From Escherichia phage PGN590, in sequence record NC_049830.1: a stretch of 49,043 bases of DNA; one strand, given 5' to 3'. The notes beneath the pieces were generated by a model that did not search any database, was not told the DNA's origin, and worked only from the letters and a program-made list of their open reading frames with translations. This document shows positions 1 through 8,243 of this stretch, piece after piece. The position numbers were made by a program, and so were the translations under genes. Each line of letters opens with the position of its first letter. The first letter of the stretch is position 1.

Positions 1-122
1 ATGCCCTTCATAACTTCATCAACATACTTCCCGCGCTTTTCAACATCCGCCTTCATTGCCTCGCCGCACTTCTTAGCCTGGCGTTTTGCAGCGTTGAATT
101 GTGCCTCGTTCATTCCAAACAT
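1..122 (-). CDS. hypothetical protein, partial (N-terminus only; runs off window start)
   Basis: ATG at 120-122 overlapping TAA of upstream ORF (TAATG); open frame to position 1; MFGMNEAQFNAAKRQAKK... Confidence 0.3.
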   Translation of the reverse strand, partial: MFGMNEAQFNAAKRQAKKCGEAMKADVEKRGKYVDEVMKG

Positions 123-250
123 TACAGACCTCTACCCTTCCACAAGTTGTACATTTCGAAATAGTGCATTGCTGTTTCAGTATCGCCGCTATCTAATGCC
201 TCCTCCTGCTTCTGTGCGCACCATTGCGACGGTTTTATGTAGTTATCCAT
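122..250 (-). CDS. small hypothetical protein (42 aa), not in ORF track
   Basis: ATG 248-250, TAA 122-124; below 60-aa cutoff; sits in minus-strand gene array. Confidence 0.25.
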   Translation of the reverse strand: MDNYIKPSQWCAQKQEEALDSGDTETAMHYFEMYNLWKGRGL

Positions 251-320
251 TGAATCACCTTACCTTAAAAATGCCTCGTCAAAATGCGTCCTGTTCGCTG
301 TATGAGGCATTCAATTTTAA

Positions 321-635
321 TTAAAAATCGTCGAGCAACTCACGAAAGTTGTTAAGAGTTGCAACTTTGGCACAATCCCACTCCGTCGATCCTGCTTCTT
401 CCCACGGAGAACCAGGCCCGTGGTTTGTCATATCATCAATCAAGCAAGAGATCTCATCAATGACAACATCTTTTAAATGCTCGCGGTGCTCAATATCTTC
501 CACAGGCTCAAAAGCCTGAATTACACCACCCAAAACGCGTTGCTGTGCTTTAGCATCGTCGAGCGTGTCACAAATTGCTCTGCGCTCCTGCTTGTTTTCG
601 TTTGTCCCGATCTGGTAGTAGTGAATGAAAATCAT
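321..635 (-). CDS. hypothetical protein
   Basis: ORF track; ATG 633-635 overlaps stop of upstream gene (ATGA). Confidence 0.5.
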   Translation of the reverse strand: MIFIHYYQIGTNENKQERRAICDTLDDAKAQQRVLGGVIQAFEPVEDIEHREHLKDVVIDEISCLIDDMTNHGPGSPWEEAGSTEWDCAKVATLNNFRELLDDF

Positions 636-940
636 TTATATTTCTCCGCTACATGCTTTGCAACTGATTGTGCGTAATTGGCAAATGCCGACTCCACTCT
701 TTCATTCTTTCTCTTCCAGTTGTGAACCTTTAAAGCCGTGTATCCATTCTCAGCAAGCCATTTTGCAGTTTCTGCCGCGTCAGTTGGACGCGGTGAGAAT
801 TTTTGCTCAAGCTGAGTAAAAAGCTCTCTTGCAACCTCATGATCAATAATCATTTCATCAGTTGATCCGCAAAGTGCGCGAGAACCTACAGCACGCAGGA
901 GTTTCTTTGCTTGTTCTTCTGAAAGGTTAATCGTGATCAT
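632..940 (-). CDS. hypothetical protein
   Basis: ORF track, start moved to ATG 938-940 (MITINLSEEQ) overlapping upstream stop (ATGA). Confidence 0.5.
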   Translation of the reverse strand: MITINLSEEQAKKLLRAVGSRALCGSTDEMIIDHEVARELFTQLEQKFSPRPTDAAETAKWLAENGYTALKVHNWKRKNERVESAFANYAQSVAKHVAEKYK

Positions 941-1149
941 TCTTCTACTACCTCGCATTCGTCATGGTTTACGCCGATGTTATCACCGATTCGAATTTCT
1001 TCCGTGTTGCGGATTGCCAACACGCAGTAAGAACCATCGCGAAAGAATCCGTCAACATCCACAATGTCACCAACTTTAAACCCGCATTGCTCAAGGGTAA
1101 TGCTTCCGTCGTTGCGGTCAATGTCAACCCTGGTGATTCGAATTTTCAT
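937..1149 (-). CDS. hypothetical protein
   Basis: ATG 1147-1149 preceded by GAGGA RBS; downstream of repeat copy at 1207. Confidence 0.5.
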   Translation of the reverse strand: MKIRITRVDIDRNDGSITLEQCGFKVGDIVDVDGFFRDGSYCVLAIRNTEEIRIGDNIGVNHDECEVVEE

Positions 1150-1206
1150 TTTGATTTCCTCTGTTTCGCTTCAATGAGGACACTTTAACAAATGCCCTCG
1201 CGGAAG

Positions 1207-1226
1207 TTTTAACAAAAAGTGCTATT
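1207..1226 (-). promoter_or_regulatory. intergenic 20-bp repeat, promoter-like
   Basis: sense AATAGCACTTTTTGTTAAAA; overlaps TAA of 1225-1512; TAAAGT about 22 nt downstream. Confidence 0.55.
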
Positions 1227-1512
1227 AGCTCATATAATAAATTTCATCGCGCACAAAATCGTCAAAATCAGATTGCGTTAATGGTCGATCCTCTAATGCT
1301 GCCTGTTCAATCATTTCCACCAGGGCGCAATCCATAGCAAGGTAATGCGCATCAAGATCATACCATGAAGCCATTTGACGCGCCCAGGAGCGGCAATTCT
1401 TGAATCCGTAGCGTCGGATACAGTTTGCCGTGTGAAATGAGTCATTCCAACCACGCTCAAGCGCTGCCTTTTCGAATGCGTTAATCAACATTTTACGATT
1501 GCTTTTAGCCAT
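1225..1512 (-). CDS. hypothetical protein
   Basis: ATG 1510-1512 with GGAGG RBS; stop overlaps repeat motif. Confidence 0.55.
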   Translation of the reverse strand: MAKSNRKMLINAFEKAALERGWNDSFHTANCIRRYGFKNCRSWARQMASWYDLDAHYLAMDCALVEMIEQAALEDRPLTQSDFDDFVRDEIYYMS

Positions 1513-1555
1513 TTGATTCCTCCTTTTAGCGCCACCGAAGCGGCGCGATTAAACA

Positions 1556-1732
1556 TTATTTCTTTCCGGTCAGAATGTAGCGCTTGCCATTTTTAAATCC
1601 ATCGCCGTAGCCGTAATATGCGCCAGCCAGGAAGATAATCATTCCCCCGAATGACTCAACAATGCCGCTATACCCATAAGCCAAATGGGAACCAACGATA
1701 AGGGCAATAAAGGTGATAATTGCTCTTTTCAT
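1556..1732 (-). CDS. small membrane protein (2 predicted TM helices)
   Basis: ATG 1730-1732 overlaps upstream stop (ATGA); hydrophobic IITFIALIVG and GMIIFLAGAYYGY. Confidence 0.45.
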   Translation of the reverse strand: MKRAIITFIALIVGSHLAYGYSGIVESFGGMIIFLAGAYYGYGDGFKNGKRYILTGKK

Positions 1733-1992
1733 TCGTGATCCCATACGTCGCATTTTTTGACAACCAGCAAACGCAGCTTGTAAGGTCGGAACTTGTGCAA
1801 CTTTTTAGCGTATTCTCGCGCCTCACTGTAACTATTGAACTCCATAGCCCAAAAGCCTAAAGCATCATCCGTCAGATATTCCCAATCCCCACTAATAACG
1901 CGGCGGCGTTGCAGACAATAAATCTTGCATTCTGTGCAAGCAACGATCCGGTATTCAGGTTTGAAGATTCGTTTTAGTGCATTAAAAACCAT
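1729..1992 (-). CDS. hypothetical protein (CxxC pair)
   Basis: ATG 1990-1992 with GAGGG RBS; VACTECKIYC. Confidence 0.45.
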   Translation of the reverse strand: MVFNALKRIFKPEYRIVACTECKIYCLQRRRVISGDWEYLTDDALGFWAMEFNSYSEAREYAKKLHKFRPYKLRLLVVKKCDVWDHE

Positions 1993-2091
1993 AGTGCCGC
2001 CCTCACTGAATAAACAACTAAGAGAATAAAGAATAACACAATCATGATTTCATGAAAATTAAATGGAGGCTTTGGATTGGTTGCGTTGTTG

Positions 2092-2496
2092 TTATTTCCC
2101 AGCATTTCGCGCAATCCCTTTGTACATTCTGTAAAAATTACTGCCAGGATTTTTGAACTTGATCGCGTTTCGAGCAAGTCGGCGCATCCGTCGCGCATCG
2201 TATCGCGCTCGCTGAAATGGCATTTTCATTGTCTTAATATGGCAGCCGCGATGATCGCTGATTCGCTTAAGCTCAATCAAAACGCCTTGAGTTGCCACTA
2301 CGTAATAATGTTCAAATCCCAAACGGCGAGTTATGATATAGCCATTCTTGATGCGTGGTCGGTTAAACTCTTTGGTCGATCCGATATAGCGATCTGAAGC
2401 CGTTACAATCTCGCCTTTACGAATACCGCATATCTCACCACATACCCAGGTTACAACAAATTTTGTGCCTACGCGGATTTTTTGAAGTTCTAACAT
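2092..2496 (-). CDS. hypothetical protein, basic C-terminus (possible nucleic-acid binding)
   Basis: start set to ATG 2494-2496 (MLELQKIR) after GAGAGGG RBS; track start lies inside promoter-like TATAAT. Confidence 0.45.
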   Translation of the reverse strand: MLELQKIRVGTKFVVTWVCGEICGIRKGEIVTASDRYIGSTKEFNRPRIKNGYIITRRLGFEHYYVVATQGVLIELKRISDHRGCHIKTMKMPFQRARYDARRMRRLARNAIKFKNPGSNFYRMYKGIARNAGK

Positions 2497-2545
2497 GTTC
2501 AAGCCCTCTCGTTTATTGGTGTTTGCATTATAGCGAGGCATTGCG

Positions 2546-2570
2546 CCCCGCTTTTAGCAATTCGTGCTAT
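2546..2570 (-). promoter_or_regulatory. divergent repeat copy (AATAGCACGAATTGCTAAAAG), promoter-like
   Basis: overlaps TAG of kinase gene; GC hairpin then TATAAT (plus-strand 2526-2531). Confidence 0.45.
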
Positions 2571-3157
2571 TTGATCTTAACGTGTTTCCACTGGACAGTT
2601 TTGATGATCTCGTCAACTGTCTTTTCTGGATCGCCATCAGTCATTGTGAAGTCGTAATGTTTTATGCGGTGATGGTATCCGCTCAGGTCAATATAGTTTC
2701 GTGAATCGCCATCAAACGTGAAACCTTCGCGGTGCAGTCTGCAAATGTGAACTTCATGGCCTGCCTTAACGAGCGGCTTGATTTCTTCAGGAAATCCGCC
2801 ATCACTAATTACAACAGCCAAATCCCTGCACATCTCGTGTACTTGCTCAACCATGCGATTTCCGAAATATTGCTCGCCAAAAGCTGGCTTCATAATTTCT
2901 TCGCTAATCCAGATCATGAACTGGCGAGGCGACTTGCCTTGCAAGATTGCTTGAGGCTTTTCTTTCTGCTCGCGGTCGTTATACAGATCAATAAACTCGT
3001 CATATCGGTAAACGCCAAGCATGGAGAATGCAATATCAAACATAGGCTGTTTAAACGACGCTTTAACGGCTGCGTAACGATGACCTGTTAAGTATGCCGC
3101 AAGCGTATCCTTGCCAACTCCTGGCGGTCCGTTAAGGATTATAATGTCTCGCTTCAT
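2567..3157 (-). CDS. P-loop nucleotide/polynucleotide kinase-like protein
   Basis: Walker A LNGPPGVGKDT near N-terminus; GGAG RBS before ATG 3155-3157. Confidence 0.6.
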   Translation of the reverse strand: MKRDIIILNGPPGVGKDTLAAYLTGHRYAAVKASFKQPMFDIAFSMLGVYRYDEFIDLYNDREQKEKPQAILQGKSPRQFMIWISEEIMKPAFGEQYFGNRMVEQVHEMCRDLAVVISDGGFPEEIKPLVKAGHEVHICRLHREGFTFDGDSRNYIDLSGYHHRIKHYDFTMTDGDPEKTVDEIIKTVQWKHVKIK

Positions 3158-3351
3158 ATTAATTTTCTCCATATTGGATTGAATGTTTACCTGGACGCTG
3201 GCGCTTCTTGCGATAGCGTTGATTCGTCTCTTGGTGCTCGTGGTAGCTGTATCGCTTCTTTTTGGATACGATTTTCTCGAAGTTTCGCATCTTCATGATC
3301 TCATGTTGTTATCTCAACATAGCGCACTGCATGAATGCGCTATAGCAAGAA

Positions 3352-3537
3352 TCACCACTTAAATCCGCTTTCATCCCGCACAATCTGGTAAAGCGCCACC
3401 CAAAACCACACAAACCAGAAAATCAGAACAAGATGCTGATCTTTATCAGTGCAATCACACTCTTTAACCAATGCGCGGAAGATGAATAATCCTGAAATAT
3501 AAAAGAAAACCACTAAAAATACAAGTAACCAAATCAT
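3352..3537 (-). CDS. small membrane protein
   Basis: AAGGAGG RBS; two hydrophobic segments (LLVFLVVFFYISGLFIF, LIFWFVWFWVALY). Confidence 0.45.
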   Translation of the reverse strand: MIWLLVFLVVFFYISGLFIFRALVKECDCTDKDQHLVLIFWFVWFWVALYQIVRDESGFKW

Positions 3538-3611
3538 TTATTGCCTCCTTCAATTACCAGCGTGTAAAGCAGAACTGGATTTTGCATGTCGCGGCGGCGC
3601 GGCTCTAGTTG

Positions 3612-3797
3612 CTAATCTAGCCATGCACATTTACCGTTCGCCACAATATAACCCACCAGGTCACTAAGTTTTGATATACCGTCTCGACTAATCACGTTGT
3701 ATGCAACGTCTTCGCCGTCAATGGAATGGATAGCAAAGAAACTTGGCGCGCCGTCAATCTTGTCTACCGCTTTGAAAAACTCCACTTTATTAGCCAT
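3612..3797 (-). CDS. hypothetical protein
   Basis: ATG 3795-3797 preceded by conserved leader CATCGACAACAAACGAGGATTAAATC. Confidence 0.5.
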   Translation of the reverse strand: MANKVEFFKAVDKIDGAPSFFAIHSIDGEDVAYNVISRDGISKLSDLVGYIVANGKCAWLD

Positions 3798-3853
3798 GAT
3801 TTAATCCTCGTTTGTTGTCGATGGGCTTACTATACCGCAAGCCCGATAATCTG

Positions 3854-3873
3854 TTTTTGCAAAAAGTGCTATT
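3854..3873 (-). promoter_or_regulatory. intergenic repeat (variant TTGCAAAAA), promoter-like
   Basis: overlaps TAG of phosphatase gene; TATAGT 22 nt downstream, then conserved leader. Confidence 0.5.
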
Positions 3874-4582
3874 CAGCGTTAACAAAATCGCCGTCACTAT
3901 GATCGAATGACCAGGTACATCCAGAATCATCATGAACTATAAAGCTCTTGTCATGATAAGAAACAACGTCATAGGCTATTCCTCTAGTAAAGCTGGCATT
4001 GACCAAGCTGTCTTTGCTGCCGACGAATCTGGCGCGCTTCGTGATCTTGATGACCTCAACGCCGTGCGATTGGATGTGACTATGTGGCTTGTCGTATTCC
4101 GTGACCTGATAGGTTGTGATTCCCAGGCTGCGGAAGTGCTTAACCACGTTAGGCGAATCATCAAAAGCGCACACAATGTTTTCCAGTCCGATAGCGCGTA
4201 AGACTTCTTCTTTGATGATTGTGTCTTTGCGGTTATCTTCCTTGCGGCGCATGATTAACGCATCGTACTTGATGCCGCTTTCGTTAAGCCATTTGCAGGT
4301 GTCCGCCATTACTTCGTCGCTACGTCCGGTCAGGATAACAATGGCAAATCCTGACATCCATAATCCGTTAACCACTGCAACCGTGCTCTTAATCGGCGAA
4401 TCTCCAACAGCCGCCTTATTGAACTCAGACCAGCTTTCTGTAAGGTGCAAATCTTCTGTCGGAAGCAGGTGCAAGCGATGCGTTCCATCGGATAAAGTGC
4501 CGTCAAGATCAACAATAACAATCGGCTTGCTGGTGGAAAAATGGTATTTGCTGCCCCAAAGTTCAAATTCGTATTTTTTCAT
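3869..4582 (-). CDS. HAD-superfamily phosphatase (polynucleotide 3'-phosphatase-like)
   Basis: DxDxT motif VIVDLDGTLSDG near N-terminus; ATG 4580-4582. Confidence 0.6.
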   Translation of the reverse strand: MKKYEFELWGSKYHFSTSKPIVIVDLDGTLSDGTHRLHLLPTEDLHLTESWSEFNKAAVGDSPIKSTVAVVNGLWMSGFAIVILTGRSDEVMADTCKWLNESGIKYDALIMRRKEDNRKDTIIKEEVLRAIGLENIVCAFDDSPNVVKHFRSLGITTYQVTEYDKPHSHIQSHGVEVIKITKRARFVGSKDSLVNASFTRGIAYDVVSYHDKSFIVHDDSGCTWSFDHSDGDFVNAE

Positions 4583-4593
4583 TATCAAACCTA

Positions 4594-4815
4594 TCAATTA
4601 AAGTGGATTTGCTTGTATTCGATTTCATCTGCCAGATCATTTAACTTATCCGCCAGCTTGCGCACCTGGTCAATGGTGAGTATTGACCTAAAATCCGGCC
4701 TGCGCCCACCCTCAAACGTGCCATCAATAAACACGCGATCTCCGAACTTATATACTTCAAGTGAATCACCATGATTATCAATAAACTTGTGCTTGACGCG
4801 CTTATTTGTTTCCAT
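4594..4815 (-). CDS. hypothetical protein
   Basis: ATG 4813-4815 with GAGGAAG RBS. Confidence 0.5.
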   Translation of the reverse strand: METNKRVKHKFIDNHGDSLEVYKFGDRVFIDGTFEGGRRPDFRSILTIDQVRKLADKLNDLADEIEYKQIHFN

Positions 4816-5032
4816 CTTTCACTTCCTCAAATTCAGCAATTACCATAGCGTGCGCCATAACCTTAGTGCCTTCGCCTCCGTTCAGGAACATGCGATGCCC
4901 TTTACTATTGCTCACGTAAAATGATCCGGTTGATGATTTCATCTTTTGCGCCGTATAGATTTCGCCAGGCTTGAACATACCAGAGCAAGCATAGTTAACG
5001 GAAACGCATTTCATCTTCTTTTTAATGTACAT
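4802..5032 (-). CDS. hypothetical protein
   Basis: start moved to ATG 5030-5032 (AAGGA RBS); track start lies inside repeat motif. Confidence 0.45.
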   Translation of the reverse strand: MYIKKKMKCVSVNYACSGMFKPGEIYTAQKMKSSTGSFYVSNSKGHRMFLNGGEGTKVMAHAMVIAEFEEVKDGNK

Positions 5033-5086
5033 CGTTTTATATCCTTCATTGAAAGTGAGGCCATTATACCTGGCCCCACATTTGAG

Positions 5087-5106
5087 TTTTAACAAAAAGT
5101 GCTATT
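5087..5106 (-). promoter_or_regulatory. intergenic 20-bp repeat, promoter-like
   Basis: canonical copy; consensus TATAAT at plus-strand 5063-5068, 21 nt downstream. Confidence 0.6.
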
Positions 5107-5330
5107 TCTTAATACATAGCGTGTGAGTGTACGCATAAAACCTGTTGTTGCTCTTGATCTGCTCTCGTGCCTCAATGCAAGATTGCTGGCTATTCATTTC
5201 GATATGGTCAACGCCGCCATCAATCATAAGAATCAGTAAAATCCAAGTAGCCATCTCTCACCTCAATAAAAGATAAACAGGTAGGCAAACAATCCGATCC
5301 ATGCGGCGACGTGCGCCGCAGTGAACAAAC

Positions 5331-6212
5331 TCAAATCTTTACCTCCCACTTAACCATCGTTCCGCGCTTGATGCTGATCTCACCTGCAACAGTCCGGTTT
5401 TTAGAGCCGCCATAGTGAAGCAGGAGGATAACAACATCATCATGAATCTCGATAGTCTTTGGTTTCGCCGTTAATTCATACCAGATGCCGTCATCAAGCT
5501 GGACTCCTTTTAGCGTAGCTGCAAGTGGCATATCTTCAATGGCGCTCTGACTTACGAGGTTTCGCGCAACAATGCCATGCCCATTGATTGTTTGACTGTG
5601 AATCTGTTCACCAATACGTCGCGCGGCGTTATCTATAGCCTGAGCAATGTGTGACTTACCGCCACCGATTGGCGCATCTCCAAACAAGTGTTTTGTAATG
5701 TCTTCCACATAGTAAATCTTATCTTTTTCATTGTGCGGATTGTATTTATTATGACCATTAACAAAGAAATCCACCTTAAGCTCTGATTTCTGACCATCGC
5801 TATAAACGCCATTGTCGCGCGATGTGTAGCGAATCGTTGAATTACCAGCGGAGCGGAAAGTGATCGGATATTTGATATTATCCACGTCTAAGCACCACAA
5901 TTTTTTGTAGTCGCATGTATTCATCTTGATCATCGGAATCTCTGCGCGTTCCGGTGAGCGCACCGGTAACACCTGGCCCCTGTATGGCTTGTAGTGGAAA
6001 CATGTATATCCTGGCATTGCATAGCCGTAGTCTTTTCGCGAGTTATAGTGCTTGTTATGCACATCAATGAAGTACTCAATCTCCATTGATGAAACACCAG
6101 GCTTTCCGTATTCGTTAAACGTAGTGCATGTATTTTCATCGGTGAACATGAAGTGTCCGACCCCCTTTGATTGGAAGGTGATCGGGAATTTGATGTTAGC
6201 AAGTTTTAACAT
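5331..6212 (-). CDS. hypothetical protein with tandem duplicated N-terminal domain
   Basis: AGGAGA RBS; NIKFPITFQSKG...FIDVHNKHYN repeated as NIKYPITFRSAGN...FVNGHNKYNP; IGGGKSH Walker-A-like segment. Confidence 0.55.
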   Translation of the reverse strand: MLKLANIKFPITFQSKGVGHFMFTDENTCTTFNEYGKPGVSSMEIEYFIDVHNKHYNSRKDYGYAMPGYTCFHYKPYRGQVLPVRSPERAEIPMIKMNTCDYKKLWCLDVDNIKYPITFRSAGNSTIRYTSRDNGVYSDGQKSELKVDFFVNGHNKYNPHNEKDKIYYVEDITKHLFGDAPIGGGKSHIAQAIDNAARRIGEQIHSQTINGHGIVARNLVSQSAIEDMPLAATLKGVQLDDGIWYELTAKPKTIEIHDDVVILLLHYGGSKNRTVAGEISIKRGTMVKWEVKI

Positions 6213-6291
6213 GGTGCTTTCTCCTGATTGGTTTTGTGGGCGACGCCGTGCCGCCCTATGTTATTTATTATGCCTGGTTATCGTTTTTTAG

Positions 6292-6311
6292 TTTTAACAA
6301 AAAGTGCTATT
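6292..6311 (-). promoter_or_regulatory. intergenic 20-bp repeat, promoter-like
   Basis: abuts TAA of 6311-6496; CATAAT about 22 nt downstream. Confidence 0.55.
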
Positions 6312-6496
6312 TAGAATTTTACCTCTTCAACAAGCTCAACCATTTTATAACCTAGCAGATAAGAGTCACCGAACAACAAGATCCCCATAAATTCATCGCG
6401 GCTTATTGACTCTTTACCAACCGTTCTAAGCTCGCCATTGTGAATCACAGTATCGCTGATATTGATTTCTGATTTATGGACTAATTTCGTTTTCAT
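6311..6496 (-). CDS. hypothetical protein
   Basis: ORF track; ATG 6494-6496. Confidence 0.45.
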   Translation of the reverse strand: MKTKLVHKSEINISDTVIHNGELRTVGKESISRDEFMGILLFGDSYLLGYKMVELVEEVKF

Positions 6497-6511
6497 TTAT
6501 TCACCCGCTAA

Positions 6512-6697
6512 TTAAAAGAAAGCCACATAGTTTGCAATGCCTTTGGCGTCATCGTTTGGCATTGCTTTTACAGCCAGGTCATAACCTGCATCTACCTTCT
6601 GTTTTGCTGTTTCTTCGTTGTAGCCCCAGATAATCAGAATTTTAACTACGTTTTCTTTGTTCAGTACTTTAAGGTCTTTGGTGATGCGACGTGCCAT
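6512..6697 (-). CDS. hypothetical protein
   Basis: ATG 6695-6697 with GAGGAAA RBS. Confidence 0.5.
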   Translation of the reverse strand: MARRITKDLKVLNKENVVKILIIWGYNEETAKQKVDAGYDLAVKAMPNDDAKGIANYVAFF

Positions 6698-6754
6698 TTT
6701 GTTTTCCTCAATCTCGTTTCGATGAGGCTATTATGCCAGGCTTTGCGCCTGGCG

Positions 6755-6774
6755 TTTTAACAAAAAGTGCTATT
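6755..6774 (-). promoter_or_regulatory. intergenic 20-bp repeat, promoter-like
   Basis: overlaps TAG of lipoprotein gene; GC hairpin in spacer; CATAAT downstream. Confidence 0.55.
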
Positions 6775-7030
6775 TAATATCTGTTGTGACTTGTTGGTGC
6801 ATTACGTTTTTGCCGCTGTTGTATGTGCTATCCGTTGCGCCATTACAATTGGTGTAATAGATTGCTCGACCGTTGTCATAGAATCGGTACGCAGTGCATC
6901 CATCCACAGTAAACAGGCGACCGACTTTAAAATCTGACTCCACTCCTACGACAACCGTTGATTCCGATGCCTTCTCGCATCCGGTCAGGGTAGCAATTGC
7001 AATCAAAACTCCAATTAATGCCTTACTCAT
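6770..7030 (-). CDS. lipoprotein
   Basis: signal peptide plus lipobox LIAIATLTGC; four further Cys in mature part. Confidence 0.55.
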   Translation of the reverse strand: MSKALIGVLIAIATLTGCEKASESTVVVGVESDFKVGRLFTVDGCTAYRFYDNGRAIYYTNCNGATDSTYNSGKNVMHQQVTTDIK

Positions 7031-7508
7031 CCTCTTTCCCTCCAGCGAGTTTACGAATCATGTCCTGGTAGCGCCCTATAGCCTCACACGCTCCAGCAAG
7101 TTTGTCGCCTTCCATGTCTGTGATATTTGGCATTACGTTTACCAGGTGATTAAGAATTTTGCTTACCGCCTTCTCTGCGCGCTTTTCTGCGATCTCGTCG
7201 ATTTCTTCACCAGTCAAAACGCGAGGCTTGCTTTTGGCTTCGGTGAGCGTAAACACAAAGCCATCACCCTCATCAGTCACCTTTCGCTTAATGCTGATCA
7301 CTCCTTTTTGCTTTACTTCTGGCACACGGTTGACAACCTGGCGCATGTACGATGCCGTAATTGCTTCGCCGTTCTCCACATTAGCGCACAAAAAAAGTGC
7401 TGGCATGAATACATTATTACGCTCACCACTACCAATTGCCGCGCCCAAGTCGCGAAGCATATCGCAAAACTCACTACGCGACATGGTGATAATATTTTCT
7501 TCGCTCAT
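7023..7508 (-). CDS. hypothetical protein
   Basis: ORF track; first gene transcribed leftwards from control region. Confidence 0.5.
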   Translation of the reverse strand: MSEENIITMSRSEFCDMLRDLGAAIGSGERNNVFMPALFLCANVENGEAITASYMRQVVNRVPEVKQKGVISIKRKVTDEGDGFVFTLTEAKSKPRVLTGEEIDEIAEKRAEKAVSKILNHLVNVMPNITDMEGDKLAGACEAIGRYQDMIRKLAGGKEDE

Positions 7509-7829
7509 AGCATCTACTCCTTTTGTTGCGTTTAAACTGGATGCATTATTGCCTTGCCTCTCCTACATGTCAATATATTTTGTGTTTTAACAACAATTTT
7601 TGGCATGTGGCGCGTTTAAAGATAACAAAATGCTTCAGTTAAGTCATTGGTTTTTATGTTAAAAATGACCCTGTTGACTTGGTTGACGGAGGATTGCTTC
7701 ATACCCATATATATACATACAAAAATCACCACGCATCATCATTGATTAAAAAATATACAATCACACATACATATCACCACAAACAATACCAATCCACCAC
7801 ATACCCATAGAACAAGCACAACAGTAAAT

Positions 7830-7870
7830 AACAAATATAAATACATATATAACTAACTTATTGATTTTAT
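7830..7870. repeat. conserved block shared by both strand-switch control regions (copy 1)
   Basis: AACAAATATAAATACATATATAACTAACTTATTGATTTTAT; about 33/40 identical to 28024-28063; flanked by CA-rich tracts. Confidence 0.6.
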
Positions 7871-7922
7871 GGGTATATATATAAATTTTATTTTGTTCTT
7901 TTTGTTGATGAACGCCAATTCT

Positions 7923-7957
7923 GTTATCTCAAAGTGCGGAGGCTTATTTGAGATAAC
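7923..7957. repeat. perfect 11-bp inverted repeat with 13-nt loop
   Basis: GTTATCTCAAA ... TTTGAGATAAC in non-coding control region. Confidence 0.6.
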
Positions 7958-8107
7958 GCGGGGAACAGAAATAACAGTTGTGCGCGCCAGGATTGCAGGA
8001 AAGGATGCAAGAGGGCCACATTTCTCTATCCCCTCCACACAAAAAGTTAATCACTTGATTAAAATTGATCAAACTCAAAGTCTCACAATCCAGGTGATCG
8101 CGAATGA

Positions 8108-8150
8108 TTTATTCCTGTTATTCCTGATTAATGGAATAGATGGAATAATG
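8108..8150. promoter_or_regulatory. dyad-symmetric operator-like element
   Basis: TTATTCCTG TTATTCCTG attaat GGAATAGAT GGAATAATG; two direct 9-mers mirrored around ATTAAT, 12 bp upstream of promoter-like repeat. Confidence 0.5.
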
Positions 8151-8161
8151 ACCAGTCAGCA

Positions 8162-8180
8162 AATAGCACTTTTTGTTAAA
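8162..8180 (+). promoter_or_regulatory. intergenic repeat, promoter-like (first rightward promoter)
   Basis: TACATT 22 nt after TTGTTA; drives 8244 gene; dyad element just upstream. Confidence 0.55.
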
Positions 8181-8243
8181 CCTGAATTGCCATGATCGGG
8201 TACATTAGACACATCGAAACGAGATACCCATCAGGAGATAGCA

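Noticed and set aside
1-324. Plus-strand ORF of 107 aa at the window start
   Set aside because: Antisense to a tightly packed minus-strand gene array, no RBS; the minus strand here carries better-supported ORFs (1-122, 122-250).
7381-7400. Partial repeat-like sequence CAAAAAAAGTGCTGGCAT inside gene 7023-7508
   Set aside because: Lies within coding sequence and lacks the conserved halves and the downstream -10-like hexamer; likely chance similarity.
7853-8195. ORFs 7853-8038 (minus) and 7869-8195 (plus) inside control region 1
   Set aside because: They span low-complexity AT/CA-rich DNA, the 11-bp inverted repeat and the dyad operator-like element; no RBS; more consistent with regulatory DNA.
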